A DNA stretch of 64,000 nucleotides from Chrysomallon squamiferum (GCA_012295275.1 CM022677.1:23312001-23376000), one strand, 5' to 3'. Counted from the stretch's first letter, positions 27,358 to 41,189 are shown. The notes: generated from the sequence alone by a model not told the origin. Made by a program: numbers and translations.

Positions 27358-30300
27358 TGAAATAAAATTAGGTCAAAACAGTACATTTAATAGAACAGAT
27401 TTTAATACGATTATTATATGTCTATGCTGTACAGTTATTATTATTATTATTCCCATCATGTGAAATGGAAATTAGGCCAAACACTACAGCATGTATATTT
27501 AATAAAATAGATTTTGAAATGATTATTATAGTTATTATTATTATTAGTGGTAGTAGTAGTAATATTTTATAGTCTTATTAGAATTAGTATTAGTATTAAT
27601 ATTATTTTCTGGTTTGTATTATCACTGCAAATGATTTTCTTTTCTTATTTTTAGCAGATGAAACCTCCACTGAAACAGGTATTCTGTTTTATATTAAATA
27701 AACAAACAAGAATAATTAATCAGTTTAGTTAGTACTTGATTTACAACTAGTTTCTATTCATAAAGCTGCATTTATCTAAATTTAGAACTATTTTGAACAC
27801 TATCAATGCTTTAAATCCTACACTTTCCAGTGAAAAATAACAATAGGAACAAACTACTTTACAATACAGCACTGTATTTTTATTTGATTATTATAGTCTA
27901 TTCCATGCTGTTGTTATTATTGTTCTGTTAGTATTAATATTATTATGTGGTTGCTATTAGAATCTGTATTATCACTGCAAATGTTTTTTCTTTTACAGAA
28001 GAAAGCTCTGCTGAGACAGGTATTCTGTTTTATCTTAAGAAAAAAATAGAAACACAAAAACAAAAAACAAAGAAAGAAACAAAAGAATTAATCTGTTCAG
28101 ATAGTACTGGATTAACCAATGGTTTTCGTTCTTGTAGCTGCATGTACACACATTTGTACACTTAGAACAACTTTGAATACACTGTCAATGCTTTAATGCA
28201 GCCTACACTACAGAGAGAATTACAATTATGAACAAAGTATTGTATATTGAATAGAATGGAGATTTAATACGATTATTATACGATAGAACAGGTCTGATAT
28301 AGGTTATAATATACTATTTCCTTGCACATTGCAATTAATTCTTGATTATCTTTTTAATCTTGAATTTTAGATGTTGACGAATGTTTGACTGGCCAACATT
28401 ACTGTAATCCAGTGGAAGAGGAGTGTAAAAACACAATTGGCTCATTTAAATGTGTTTGTAAGTCAGGATATATAAAAGTCATGGGCAACTGCTTTGGTGA
28501 GTTTATCATGCTACATATTTGTTGTTAATGTAAATGTAACACACAGATTAAAATATATTAAAACCCTTTTTGTTATTTTAAGATACAGATTAATGTTGTG
28601 GTAATATTTAACTAGTCAGTCCTGAAAGTTTGGGTTCTTTAGTCCTTGTGGTCCAGATGGTGTAGCCTTTTCAGAATCTGTACCAAGTGTCTGAGACACT
28701 CCTGGATGCAGCTTGCGTATCTTCTCAAGGACTAGCCCCAGAGTTTGCTGTAAGTTCTGTCTTCAAGTCTCTATTTGAATGAGGGTTGTCTTCATAGACA
28801 TGATCTTTCAGCTAGCCCAGTAGAAATCTCAGGGCTTAAAATCAGGTGGGGCTCATTTAGGGTCACCTACTGATCAGTCAGTCTGCCATTTGTTGCTGCA
28901 GCTGCATGTCAGTGTTTGGTTTGAAGAGTCCAAGGTAGCACCACCCTGCTGAAACCACTGCTCATTATGAGTTATGCCTGCACATCTCCCTGCTGTATTC
29001 AATCCTCTGGTTGTGTAGTGCTGCTGACATGGCCTAACAGAAGAAAATGAGGCTCAGCAGAGAATCATCAAGAAAGTCGGGGTCTTAATACTTTTTTTTC
29101 AATACAACATCAACACATGACAATTATTTTGACCAATTCAGCTTCTGTTTAATCTTTGTTTTGTAATGGAACAACTTAACATCCATGATCAGAATCCACC
29201 TCACTGGTTCACTGGGAATGTGTAGCTGCACCTTTGGCTGGACTTCTTAGGGCTGCAACCAACAGCATCCTGGACAGCACCAACATTACCTGCCACTCTC
29301 ACATTCAAACGTCGTCCATTTTTGACCCTTCACGTTTAGAGGTCAGGCTTTGAACAGCTCCCTTTTCTCTAAACTTACTGACCTATCTGCAAAATCTTGC
29401 TTTTGTACAGATAATGATTAAAATGGAAATGCCTTCAAAATTTTGCCTGTACAGATTTAAACAACTTGGTTTCAAAACATGAGTGCATGCAAGACCTTTT
29501 CTGTTCAGTTTCCATGGCATTCTCACAAAACAAAATTATTGATGAATCTTTTTGTTATCATGTCCTTTAGAAGAATCTGCATAATAAGAACAACAGCATT
29601 ATTATTCATCGTTTCATCTGCTGTAGTATGGGTTGCAACCATTTTGGGTCTTTTAAACCTATTTAATCAAGTGTGTTTGGATACTATTGTTTAAAATATT
29701 CTGTAAGTTGTATTTTTTTCTGCTTAATTAAAATTAATTTATAATGTAAAGGGTGGGCTTGATGTCTTATTGTTAATTTTATTGTATTATCATTATGATT
29801 CAAAAGTATTATTATTTTTAATTTTATTTCATGAGGTGCTTGCCTACTAAGATAACTTAATTGTGAATCTTTATTCAAATCATGTCAGCATTTAAACAGT
29901 TATAAAATAATATTTTCTCAGTCATTTTATTTCAATAAAACAAAACGTTCAGTATCCCCAATTTAAGAACCACTAGAAGATGTTTGGACCCTTAGAACAT
30001 TTTCAAATTACATTTCTTTTAATTTTTTTTGTTGAATAAATTATTGTAAATCTGAATTTAAATCCTGATTCAATAATTTTAATAAAGTTTGAATCTTCAT
30101 TTAGAGAGATCTCAGTTTCTGCATTAAAGTTTAGTAGAAAAAGGCTAGTTTCATTCTTACTTACCTAAATATTTGTAAATCTTGTATTGTAGAATGCTCA
30201 CATTTTTATTTATCCAATTATTTATAAATCTAGACTTAGAAAGATAATTCTTTCTCTTTAGTAAAAATCTTTATTTACTTGCTGGTAATTCTAGTGGGTA

Positions 30301-33300
30301 CTGTTTTTAACAAACATTTTTAAAAGTTAATTTGATTTTTTCAGACATTGATGAATGTTTTGTTGGAACACATAACTGCCCAGAAGATCAGCAGTGTTTT
30401 AATCTACAAGGAGCTTTCTTGTGTTGTAATGTTGATGAAGAATGTGGTAAATATAAAGGGTGTAACTGTATTAATTATGTGTGAAAGTATATTTTTGTGT
30501 TATATGCATTTGTAATAATTTGGTTTTGTGTGTGTGTTTGTGAATATTTGTTTTTAGGTGTTTATATTGTTTATACTTGTATTGATATATTAGAATAAAA
30601 CTGCAGCTTTGCATCAATGTTTATGTATTTGTTGATTTATTGTTATTACTACTATTATTATTAATATTATTGTTATTGTTATTGTTTTGTCTTGATTATA
30701 TAAACATTTGTCTTCTTAGATCTTTATTAAATTATTTTTATTATTTATTTATTTATTTTTTATTATTTTTACTTTTTTTATGATTTCAGTTCCATCATCA
30801 ACACCAACATTAGGTAAATAATTTAAAACATTTTATTTATTGTATAAAAATATTTATATTTATGTATTTATTTTAAACTATCATCAGTGTAAATATAATT
30901 TAGATATAAAGGTATATTCACAAAAATTTCATAAACTTCATATTGATACAAAAAACATCTCATTATTCCTAGTTAAATGCTTGGTTAAAGTAAAATTTGA
31001 AAGCTGTGTTTAGAGAAATTTGATTTAAAAGAAAATGATAGATAACCTAATATATACCTTTATCAGCCAACCCACCATGTACATTTAAAATACAGATACC
31101 ACTGATTCTAAATTCAAAACCAGAACCTACTTTTTTATTTATTATTTTTATTTTTTAAATTAAATTAATCATGCTGGTTTGAAACAGATCCCTGATTGGA
31201 GCTGCTGGCCACAGTTACTCATGCTTGTTTATAAATATCTGCAGAGTCTCTCTGGCAATAGAAAACACTGTGCTGTATATCCCAGCAACTTCAGATCAAC
31301 TTATAAATCTAGCCTCTGAACTTACATATTGGTACTAAACCAAAATTTCATGAGGACCACCATAAAAAAACTAGAAATGAAAGATGTAATTAATTTTATT
31401 TTGAAATGCTTCAGATGGGTAAAAGCATAAGAAAACAGATAATTCATTTATATATATATTGTTGATTTTTCAATTGATAATATTTTTCAATTTACTCCAT
31501 TTTTCTCAACAATGAAAATTTTCAAAAGTGTCTGAATATCGGTACATACACAACCAGAGCTACTTCATTAATAGATGAATACGTCTGTGTTATAATAAAA
31601 GAATTAAAAACAAGTGAACTAAGTCTGTGTTATAATAAAAGAGTAAAAACATTCATTTTTGTTTTAATTTTAATACAATGCTTTTATTTGTTTATTTCTG
31701 TTTTCTTTATTTGTTTATTTTTAATTTCCTATTTTTTTTTTTTTTTTAGAGTTAACAACTGCTAGAGTCACTAGAGGTGAAGGTATATTAATTTTTTCTT
31801 TATCTTGTTCAGCTGCAAAAGAAGTACAAATATTTTAAAATACAAAATAGTTATCTTGAAATCATATCAGTAATAATGTTTCCTGTAGTTTGTGTCACTG
31901 CATACATAGTCTCTAAAATCTTTATAACCTTCCCTTAGTGATGTGAACTGTGTGTGTGTGTGTGTGTGTGTGTGTTCAGTTTATGTTTTATTTGTTATTT
32001 TCTTGATATTATTATTGTTATTATTATTATTATTTTTTTATTTTATTTCCAAAAAACTATTTTTCATTTGCTATCCAGTCTTAATTAATCAGTTATGAGA
32101 ATAAACAAGTAAAGTATTATTTTTTTTAATTATTGTTATTTATGACTGCATCCATTTGTCTGCATGCTATTTGCTTTCCTTGCTGTGAAATGTTAATTTG
32201 TAACAGAGAATAAAACAAAAGATTACATGTCCTGAGCATCATCACCTCTATGTTTCAGATGTTGATGAATGTGCAGAAGGCAGAGATAACTGCAATCGCG
32301 CTGAAGAGGAATGTCAGAACACAGCTGGCTCGTTCAGGTGTGTGTGCAGACAGGGATTCAAAAAGGTCATGGGCTCATGTTTTGGTGAGACATTTCCAAA
32401 ACATGTTTTAGTTCTGTTGCTAAATGAGTCTAACAAGAATCTTTCTAAATCATGTTGATTTTTTTTAAAGTGATATTCAAATTACTGAATGTAAAGTGAT
32501 ATTTAAATTACTGAATGTAAAGTGATATTTAAATTACTGATTGTAAAGTAATGTTTAAATTGTTAAATGATTGTAAAATCATATTTAAATTACTGATTGT
32601 AAAATCATATTTAAATTACTGATTGTAAAATCATATTTAAATTACTGATTATAAAATCATATTTAAATTACTGATTGTAAAGTGATGTTTAAATTACTGA
32701 TTGTAAAGTGATGTTTAAATTGTTAAATGATTGTAAAATGATATTTAATTACTAAATGATTCTAATAAAAATCTTTACAAATCATGTTGAATGATTGTAA
32801 AGTGATATTTAAATTATTGATTGTAAAATGATATTTAATTCCTAAATGATTCTAATAAAAATCCTTCTAAATCATGTTGAATGATTGTAAAGTGATATTT
32901 AAATTATTCTCATGTGTTGATAGGCTACATAGTTCATTTGAAATGTCTTCTTAAATTTGATGAATTCTTGCAAAATGATTCTCATTCATTTTAAAACATT
33001 CTGTTAGTAATTCATGACATGAATGGATATTATTTCCTGATTTGCTTACTAATTAAATTTAATTAAGAAAGAGAATACTTATTTATATAGATATGTGCAT
33101 AATTCATACATTTCAGATGTTGATGAATGTCACGTTGGTATACATAATTGTTCGTCAGATGAAAACTGTATTAATATTCGTGGCAGTTTCATGTGTGAAT
33201 GTAAACCAGGTCGAACATGCAGTAAGTTAAATTCAGTTAGATTTAGCGTAATGGGAGCATTTGATCTGAATGAATATGTGTGCTTGTCTATCTGTATTCT

Positions 33301-34625
33301 GTTTGATCTGAATGCATATGTATGTGTGTGATTGATGTGAATGTGTATGTGTGCTTGATATGAATGTGTATGTGTGCTTGATATGAATGTGTATGTGTGC
33401 TTGATACGAATGTGTATGTGTGCTTGATACGAATGTGTGTGAATGTGTATGTGTGTGCTTGATACGAATGTGTATTTGTGCTTGATACGAATGTGTATAT
33501 GTGTGCTTGATATGAATGTGTATATGTGTGCTTGATATGAATGTGTATGTATGTGCTTGATATGAATGTGTATGTGTGTGCTTGATACAAATGTGTATGT
33601 ATGCTTGATACGAATGTGTATGTGTGCTTGATACGAATGTGTGCTTGATGTGAATGTGTATATGTGTGCTTGATATGAATGTGTATGTATGTGCTTGATA
33701 CAAATGTGTATGTGTGCTTGATACGAATATGTATGTATGTGCTTGATACAAATGTGTATGTATGTGCTTGATATGAATGTGTACGTGTGTGCTTGATATG
33801 AATGTGTATGTGTGCTTGATATGAATGTGTGTGCTTGATATGAATGTGTATGTATGTGCTTGATATGAATGTGTATGTGTGTCCTTGATATGAATGTGTA
33901 TGTGTGCTTGATATGAATGTGTATGTATGTGCTTGATACGAATGTGTATGTGTGCTTGATACAAATATGTATGTATGTGCTTGATACAAATGTGTATGTA
34001 TGTGCTTGATATGAATGTGTATGTGTGCGTGATATGAATGTGTATATGTATGCTTGATATGAATGTGTATGTATGTGCTTGATATGAATGTGTATGTATG
34101 TGCTTGATATGAATGTGTATGTGTGTGCTTGATATGAATGTGTATGTGTATGCTTGATATGAATGTGTATGTATGTGCTTGATATGAATGTGTATGTATG
34201 TGCTTGATACGAATGTGTATGTGTGTGCTTGATATGAATGTGTATGTATGTGCTTGATATGAATGTGTATGTATGTGCTTGATATGAATGTGTATGTATG
34301 TGCTTGATATGAATGTGTATGTGTGTGCTTGATATGAATGTGTATGTGTGTGCTTGATATGAATGTGTATGTATGTGCTTGATATGAATGTGTATGTGTG
34401 TGCTTGATATGAATGTGTATGTGTGTTCTTGATATGAATGTGTGTGATCTGTGTGTAATCAGGACTCATAATGTGTGTTGAAACTACCATTGTTATAGGT
34501 ATTTTTATGATATTTGTAAGCAAAACATAAATTTGTTTTTGTTTTCTTCAGTAAATAATTTCTAATATTTATTGTTATTATTATTATTTTTCAGCAAAGA
34601 GGCAGGATGTGTTTGAAGATTTAGG

Positions 34626-34694
<69 letters not shown>

Positions 34695-36630
34695 ACAGAG
34701 CTTATTGTAAAGAGAGTAGTATAGTTTAGTGTTTAATAGTGTGTAGTGTCATTAGTCTAGTATAGTACAGTACTTTACTAACATTACATTACAGAACAAT
34801 AGAACAATATTAGTATTGTACAGTAAAATATAGCTTAGCTTATTATGCTTTCGTATCACATAGTATGGTATGGAATACAAAACCTATTTCAGTTACTGGT
34901 GGGTGGTCTGAATGGACAAAGTCAGTGAGTGAGTGTTTATCATCATGTTTTCAAGAAATTTATCTCTTAAGAAGCTGTACTAGTCCATCTCCATCGCGAG
35001 GAGGTCCTTCTTGTACTGGGGATGAGCAAATCATTTCATATCAGTCTTGTGTTGGAGAGGCTTGTGTAGCAGGTAAACAACAATAAAAACAAGAACCAGA
35101 TATACAACACATGTACATTAGCATGCACATGCACACACACAACACACACACAACAGATGCATACCAAATAAATACAAAAAATAAAAAAGTAACAAAACAA
35201 TCTATCCATGTTAATCTGTGCAGCATTACTGTTTTACTTTATCAGATTTGACCTCCTTTAGAAAACTGTTTACAATCAGGTGAAAAATTTGTTAAATTAT
35301 TATTAGTTCTTCCATTTATTTGATTATGTTTGAACAAACAGCAATTCAAATTAAGAAACTGTGGTTCTGTAAATAAAACACTGTGACCAGACATATCTGG
35401 TCTTCTTTACAAAACAAAAATGTTAAAGTGGACTTACTTTGTGTTTGATTTATTTTCAGGTCGCCCACAATGGCGTAAAAAGGGTAATTAAATAAATAAA
35501 ATTGTCTTAAGAACATTTTACAACTGTTAATACACACATTACAATAACAACAAGAAAAGATAATTGATGGGATATCAGTGGAAATGTCTTAAAATGAACT
35601 TTGTTGTTCATCTCTTTGTGGCAAAAATAAACAAAATTGACCTAGAATCAAATTAATAAACATCTCTTAATTTTTGTTTAGCTATAGCTACACACAAACA
35701 CACACACTCACACATACTTCTAATATGATGTCCTAATATAATATACCTTACTGAGTGATGTATAGTATTAAGTGACATACATTATGAAGTGATGTACAGT
35801 ATTATGTCACACATACACAAACGCATTATTTTTTGGATGAATACTTTATGATGATACATTTTACATTTTATGGTTGATTGATGTTTTATAATTTTACAAA
35901 ATTGCAATTATAAAGGGACATATAATGAACTGATATACATTCTAATAGGACATGATGAACTGATATACATTCTAATAGGATATATAATGAACTGATATAC
36001 ATTGTAATAGGACATAATGAACTGATATACATTCTAATAGGAGATATAATGAACTGATATACATTCTAATAGGACATATAATGAACTGATATACATTCTA
36101 ATAGGATATATAGATTTTGTTTTGATTACAGGGTTCTGGTCAGGTTGGAATATTTACTTCGTGTTTCCATGTATGACAACCTGTATAAAAGTTACCATAT
36201 TTGGGCGAAAGTGTGTTTCTGGATTTGACTGTACTGGAGTTTACCGAACAAGACGTGGGGAATCATGTATTGGTGATTACTGCGACCAAAGTGAATATTT
36301 TATTTCTCTTTCTTGATAAATGAAATTTAAGGAACAGGTTCATATCAGTTTTAACTGGTATAACATAAACCCACTCTTCAAGCATCAGAAATGTTTTAAT
36401 ATTTAACATTTTTTGTTTAGTTAACCTTTGTGGTTTTGTATATAGTGGTGCAGTGTAATGTAGCAGTGTTCAGCTACGGTAATTTGTGTAGTGTTTAGAG
36501 TAAGGTAATATTAGTATGGTATTTGTTGCAGAGTTTAGTTTAGTTATGCTAATAATGCATAACTTTATATAATATGTAAATAATAAAAAATTAGGAAACA
36601 ATAACTACAGATATATATATAATACAATAC

Positions 36631-36675
<45 letters not shown>

Positions 36676-37499
36676 AACAGTTAACAATACATGAAAAACT
36701 TGAATTAGAAAAGCAAGGAAACAAATTTATTATTTAAAAAATAATAATTGATAAAAACCACTATAAAAAAATAAAAAGTGAAGAAAGAAAAAAAAAAAAA
36801 ATGAAGAAGAATAAAAATAAAATAAAAAAGCTAGCAAATACAACAACTAGAAAGAAAACTAGTTTTGAAAATATATTTTATTATTATTTGTTATTATTGG
36901 TCTTGCTTTTTCTTCAGGTCAGATTGTTACAGTTTTTGAAGGTATGTTGTAAGTTGCATTGCTTTGTGTTACTTTAATACAATGTTGAATTTAGTCATTG
37001 AAAATAAATATATGCCTGAAAAAGACATATTACTGTCAGTCTGTATCTCTCTCTCTCTCCGTCTCTCTCTCATTTATGTTTTTATTTTATTTTCAGATCA
37101 ACCATCAGTAAATACGCCAGGTATTGAAATTATATTTATAAATGTTTTTTTTTTTTCTCTTGATCTAATATCCATTTTTCTTTCTACTTTTTGTTTGTTG
37201 TTTTTGTTTATTAGTCCAAATAGTACATTACAATTATTTAAGGAAAATCTCTGTGTGTGTTCATGCATACATGTGTGTTGTGTCTGTGTATGTGTCTAAA
37301 CTTTGGTACAGGACTAATTATTATTATTATTATTATTATTATTAAAAACATTGAATAAAATTTATTCATTTCATTTCAGAAGTAAAGTTTATACCACCAC
37401 AAGGTAGGTAAATCCTTTTTTTAAATTAAATTTTATTTTTCATGTTTCACATTCAGTGCATATTCTAAATACAGGTGTGCAAGGGTGTGCATGCATGTG

Positions 37500-37530
<31 letters not shown>

Positions 37531-38773
37531 TCTTGTTGGTGTAAAATAAACACATTTTTTTCTAAGGTCTCATGTTTCATTTATTTGTGATTTTTAAATA
37601 TTCTTTTTTCTTGTTAACATGAGACCATTTTTTCAAAATAGTTGTTTTAAATATATTTAAGGCATTCATTTGTTAATAAAACAATAACCTCAGAATTAGA
37701 TAAAGTAAACACACACAGAGAGAAAGAGAGTGGAAGGAACACACAGAGTTTGACCCAAAGAGAGAGCAAAACAATGTAAGAAGATATTTTGTTTCATTTC
37801 AGTCACATATCCTCCTTCAAGAGCAAAATATGGTAAATTACTAATTTTTTTAATCTGTTCATACCAACATATTCATATTATTCACACTAAAGGAGGTATA
37901 TGTGCACACACACACACACAAACAAGGACTGGTTTTTCATGGATTATATTCTTTCCCGTCTTTGTTAGAATAATACAAATACCACTTATTGAAAAGAACT
38001 GTCCATTGGGGGCAGAGCTTTCATCTCTTGCATCAGCATTGTAACTTTTCTTTACAAACAAATTAAGTAAAAACAATTTTGGTATTATTATGCTGTCAAG
38101 TGGTGTTAGTATATAGATAATATAAATGATATTGCACTGCATTCCATTTACTGAGATTTTGTTTCAGCTCTCCTAATGTATACCTACATTCCTACATACA
38201 TAAATACATATGTATGAACAAACAAACACACACACATAAGAATGTGTGTGTGTATATGTGTATTTGTACATATATTTTTATATATGTATGAAAACACACA
38301 CTGTACTATACTTGTATATATATCATGTATCTGTATATACAGAAACACACACAAATTTATACAAACATACATGCAGCTTTAGATATATATATATATATAT
38401 ATATATACAAACACCAGATTTATTATTTATTTATTTTGTATAGGTGGAGCATCAGATGAAGTTGTTGCTGCAGTAGCTGTTCTTGCTGTTCTTGTTATTT
38501 GTTTGTACACAGGTTTTCTTTTTTACTACAGGTAAATATCCAAGATAAAATAAAATTAAACCAATTAAAATAGCAAATAAAATAAATAAATAAATAATAC
38601 ATTGTATATGGTTTGTGTAATATACTTCACTCACAGATAGATAATGTAATATATGATTATTTTTAACAAGGAAAATGAGACTAATGGTGAAGAAACAAGA
38701 AGAAGTAACTGTGTCTAGGACAGCTGAGGCATCCAGCCACGAAAATAAAGGCCTAGAGAGAAATCCTACATAA
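23456..38773 (+). CDS. Micro-exon-rich type I transmembrane protein (~490 aa): signal peptide, acidic S/T stalk, 4 Ca-binding EGF, 2 TSP1, TM, short cytoplasmic tail
   Basis: Exons: 23456-23501 ([15 protein letters not shown]), 23644-23679, 23942-23965, 24394-24420, 25497-25520, 25847-25864, 26328-26351, 27046-27066, 27658-27678, 27999-28019, 28371-28496, 30345-30446, 30790-30813, 31750-31776(/31782), 32259-32384, 33117-33221, 34595-34624, 34893-35072, 35262-35279, 35460-35483, 36132-36290, 36918-36941, 37097-37120, 37380-37403, 37803-37832, 38444-38531 (TM), 38671-38773. All extracellular exons are phase 1-1 and stop-free. Confidence 0.75.
28371..28496 (+). CDS. Ca-binding EGF exon 1
   Basis: ttag|[42 protein letters not shown]|gtgagt, 126 nt. 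Confidence 0.93.
28640..29520 (-). mobile_element. Decayed Tc1/mariner-superfamily transposase remnant in an intron
   Basis: Minus-strand fragments: [40 protein letters not shown] (~FSDEAHF), WFQQGGAT (~WFQQDGA), PD..P.DF....[10 protein letters not shown]; many stops and frameshifts. Confidence 0.8.
30345..30446 (+). CDS. Ca-binding EGF exon 2 (shortened, adjacent CC)
   Basis: tcag|[34 protein letters not shown]|gtaaat, 102 nt. Confidence 0.9.
32259..32384 (+). CDS. Ca-binding EGF exon 3
   Basis: tcag|[42 protein letters not shown]|gtgaga, 126 nt. Confidence 0.93.
32468..32910. repeat. ~25-bp minisatellite (ttaaattactgattgtaaagtgatat)
   Basis: Direct reading, >12 imperfect units. Confidence 0.9.
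33117..33221 (+). CDS. Ca-binding EGF exon 4
   Basis: tcag|[35 protein letters not shown]|gtaagt, 105 nt. Confidence 0.93.
33310..34445. repeat. ~22-26-bp minisatellite (gtgcttgatatgaatgtgtatgtat), ~45 units
   Basis: Direct reading; explains the spurious His-rich ORFs. Confidence 0.97.
34630..34691. repeat. (CT)n microsatellite
   Basis: Direct reading. Confidence 0.95.
34893..35072 (+). CDS. Thrombospondin type-1 (TSP1) exon
   Basis: [14 protein letters not shown]...[17 protein letters not shown]...C....C; 180 nt, AG/GT bounded. Confidence 0.9.
35916..36112. repeat. ~32-bp minisatellite (ggacatataatgaactgatatacattctaata) x6
   Basis: Direct reading; ends at the TSP1 exon acceptor. Confidence 0.92.
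36132..36290 (+). CDS. Divergent TSP1 exon
   Basis: GFWSGWN...CMTTC...RKC..CTG...CIGDYC; phase 1-1; alternative in-frame acceptor at 36113. Confidence 0.8.
38444..38531 (+). CDS. Transmembrane exon
   Basis: [30 protein letters not shown], phase 1-2, followed by a basic stop-transfer sequence in the next exon. Confidence 0.85.
38671..38773 (+). CDS. Last exon, cytoplasmic tail
   Basis: Phase-2 acceptor; (R)[33 protein letters not shown]. Confidence 0.75.
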
Positions 38774-38819
38774 ATCATTTGAGAAGAACACATTTAACTA
38801 TTGTTGTATATATATTTAT

Positions 38820-39300
38820 GCTAACTGCACAATATTCTCAAACTGTGTCTGTTGTATTTATTATAATAATTGTACGTATTGTCAATGGTATTTTTTTATA
38901 TATTGTACGTATTGGCCAAATGTATTTGTTTTATGTTATATTGTTAACTGTACAGCATTTGTCAAATGTATTTGTTTTATGTTATAATGTTAATTGTACA
39001 GTATTTGCCAAATGTATTTGTTTTATATTATTATATTGTTAACTGTACAGTATTTGCCAAATGTATTTGTTTTATATTATTATATTTTTAACTGTACAGT
39101 ATTTGCCAAATTTTTTGTTTTATATTATTATATTTTAACTGTACAGTACTTTATATATTTCTTTTGTTATTATATTGTTAAAGTATTTTCTGTATGTATT
39201 TGCAACACTACTATTATGTTATTTATTTATTTGTTGTATGTTATTAGAGTGTTATAATGTTCAGTATTTTCTGTATGTATTTGTTATTACACTGTTTATT
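38820..39300. repeat. ~45-bp degenerate tandem repeat in the putative 3'UTR
   Basis: ttaactgtacagtatttgccaaatgtatttgttttatatta units. Confidence 0.8.
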
Positions 39301-41189
39301 GTATTTTGGACAAATACATGTTTTGATTAGATTCTTTTAATGCTGACTAATTATTTTAATAATATTTCAAAAATAATATTTACTTTTCATCGTTATTTTA
39401 CATTGTTATCTATTTATTAAAAAGTGTCATTTGTTATGTTAATTTATTCTGAATTTTTTATTAAATAATTTAATCAGTGGACTCACCAGCTTTTGTGAAA
39501 GGAATGGTACTGATATTGTTCAGGGTACAAGTACTTTAAACAATGTTCAAATTACTTGTTTGTCAAAAATACTCCTATAAATAATTGTATCAAACGCATT
39601 AACAAGTTTATTTTAAGTCTGTTGCAGGTGAGTTTCGTCTGGTTGTTCTGTGAATTATATTCTTTACATGAATATATTTATACAAAATAATATACATATA
39701 CACATCTATATATATATATATATATATATTGTTGTAGAACATTCTGTATATATTAATTGTTATATATACATGTTTGTGTGCATGTGAGAGAGAGAGAGAG
39801 AGATATTAATTTCTACTGGGAACTATGCTGGCAAAAGTTACTGCAATGAAAACTGTATTGGGAAACATATTCTCGAGACACTGAGAAAAAGTCATTGAAA
39901 GATCTACCAACATTATGTTTGACAAATACTCTGGAGGAAATAAACAAGGAAGTAAAAACAAAGTAGGCTAACTTATTCATGAAATGTAAACTTATTAAAT
40001 TTTTATTTGTCATAATCATCATCATCATCATCATTATTATTAAATGATTTTAAATACAGCACCAGCTCATGTTTTTATTCACTGTGCAGATGGCTTATTC
40101 TGAACATTGAAACAAATCCATAGTTTGTGTTCAACATTACTAAAGTAAAGAAAAATAAATAAATAAATGAATAAATAAAAATAAAAAAGTAAGTAAATAA
40201 ATAGATATAATAAATAAGTAAGTAAGGAAATAATAAAAGGAAGTAAATAAATGAATAAATAATATCTGGTATTTTTATTTTTTAATATTTATTTTATTTA
40301 TTTTATTATTTTTTTTACATTGGCAGTTACTGATTATAATTTTTCCATGAACAAAATATTTTTGTTAGAATTAAGATAACATTTCTGCCCATGGTCTACA
40401 TCTAAAAACAATTTTAATGACTTTATATATAGAAGTACATTGCTAATATTTCAGCGCATGGTCTTTAAAAATAAAAAAAAAAAAAACAAACATTTTTACA
40501 TCATCACAGCAATAAGAAAAAAAACTAGACTAGTATGATATTACAACAAATAGTAGTGTCAATGCGATAATAATGATTAAAAACATTAGTAGGCAGAGAA
40601 ACAGCAGTGACACACACACACACACCTATATTGAAATGTATTCACAAATAATAGGTTAACATTAAGCATATCTACTTCTTTGGAAGTAAGTTTTTATAAA
40701 TAATTGTAAACGGACATGTATAATTCAGTAAACCAATATTTCTTAAATAAGTGATATATATATAATTGTAATGAATGACACAAATATTCAATTCGTTATG
40801 CGCAGTATTTTCTATCTGTAATTTGGGGTTTTTATTTTTGCTTGGATATTACTGTATTGAGAAAAAAAAAAAACAGTGGGAACTTAAAATTATTTTTGAA
40901 CTATCCAAGAAGAATAGTTTCACCAAAAACAGGACTGTTTCGACAACTTTGATCTGCAGTCTATAAACAGAAATCAAAGCAAATTTGTTATGATTTATCT
41001 CACATTGTTGTCATTCATTTTGTTTTCACTTATGCCAATTTCACCAAACAGCTTTCAAATAATTTGTGCTGGACATCAAAAATGCGGAAACAACAGCATT
41101 TACTATTTTTGTAGAATTAGCAATGACTAGTGTACGTTTATTTCTCCTGTTTACTATGCAATGGTTTCATTTCATTCCGAATCGATATA

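Noticed and set aside
33233-34523. 243-aa and 411-aa His/Thr-rich minus-strand ORFs
   Set aside because: Translations of a minisatellite that happens to lack stops; intronic, no domain content
33310-36112. CRISPR-like appearance of the regular repeats
   Set aside because: Units are directly adjacent with no unique spacers, there are no cas genes, and the context is eukaryotic
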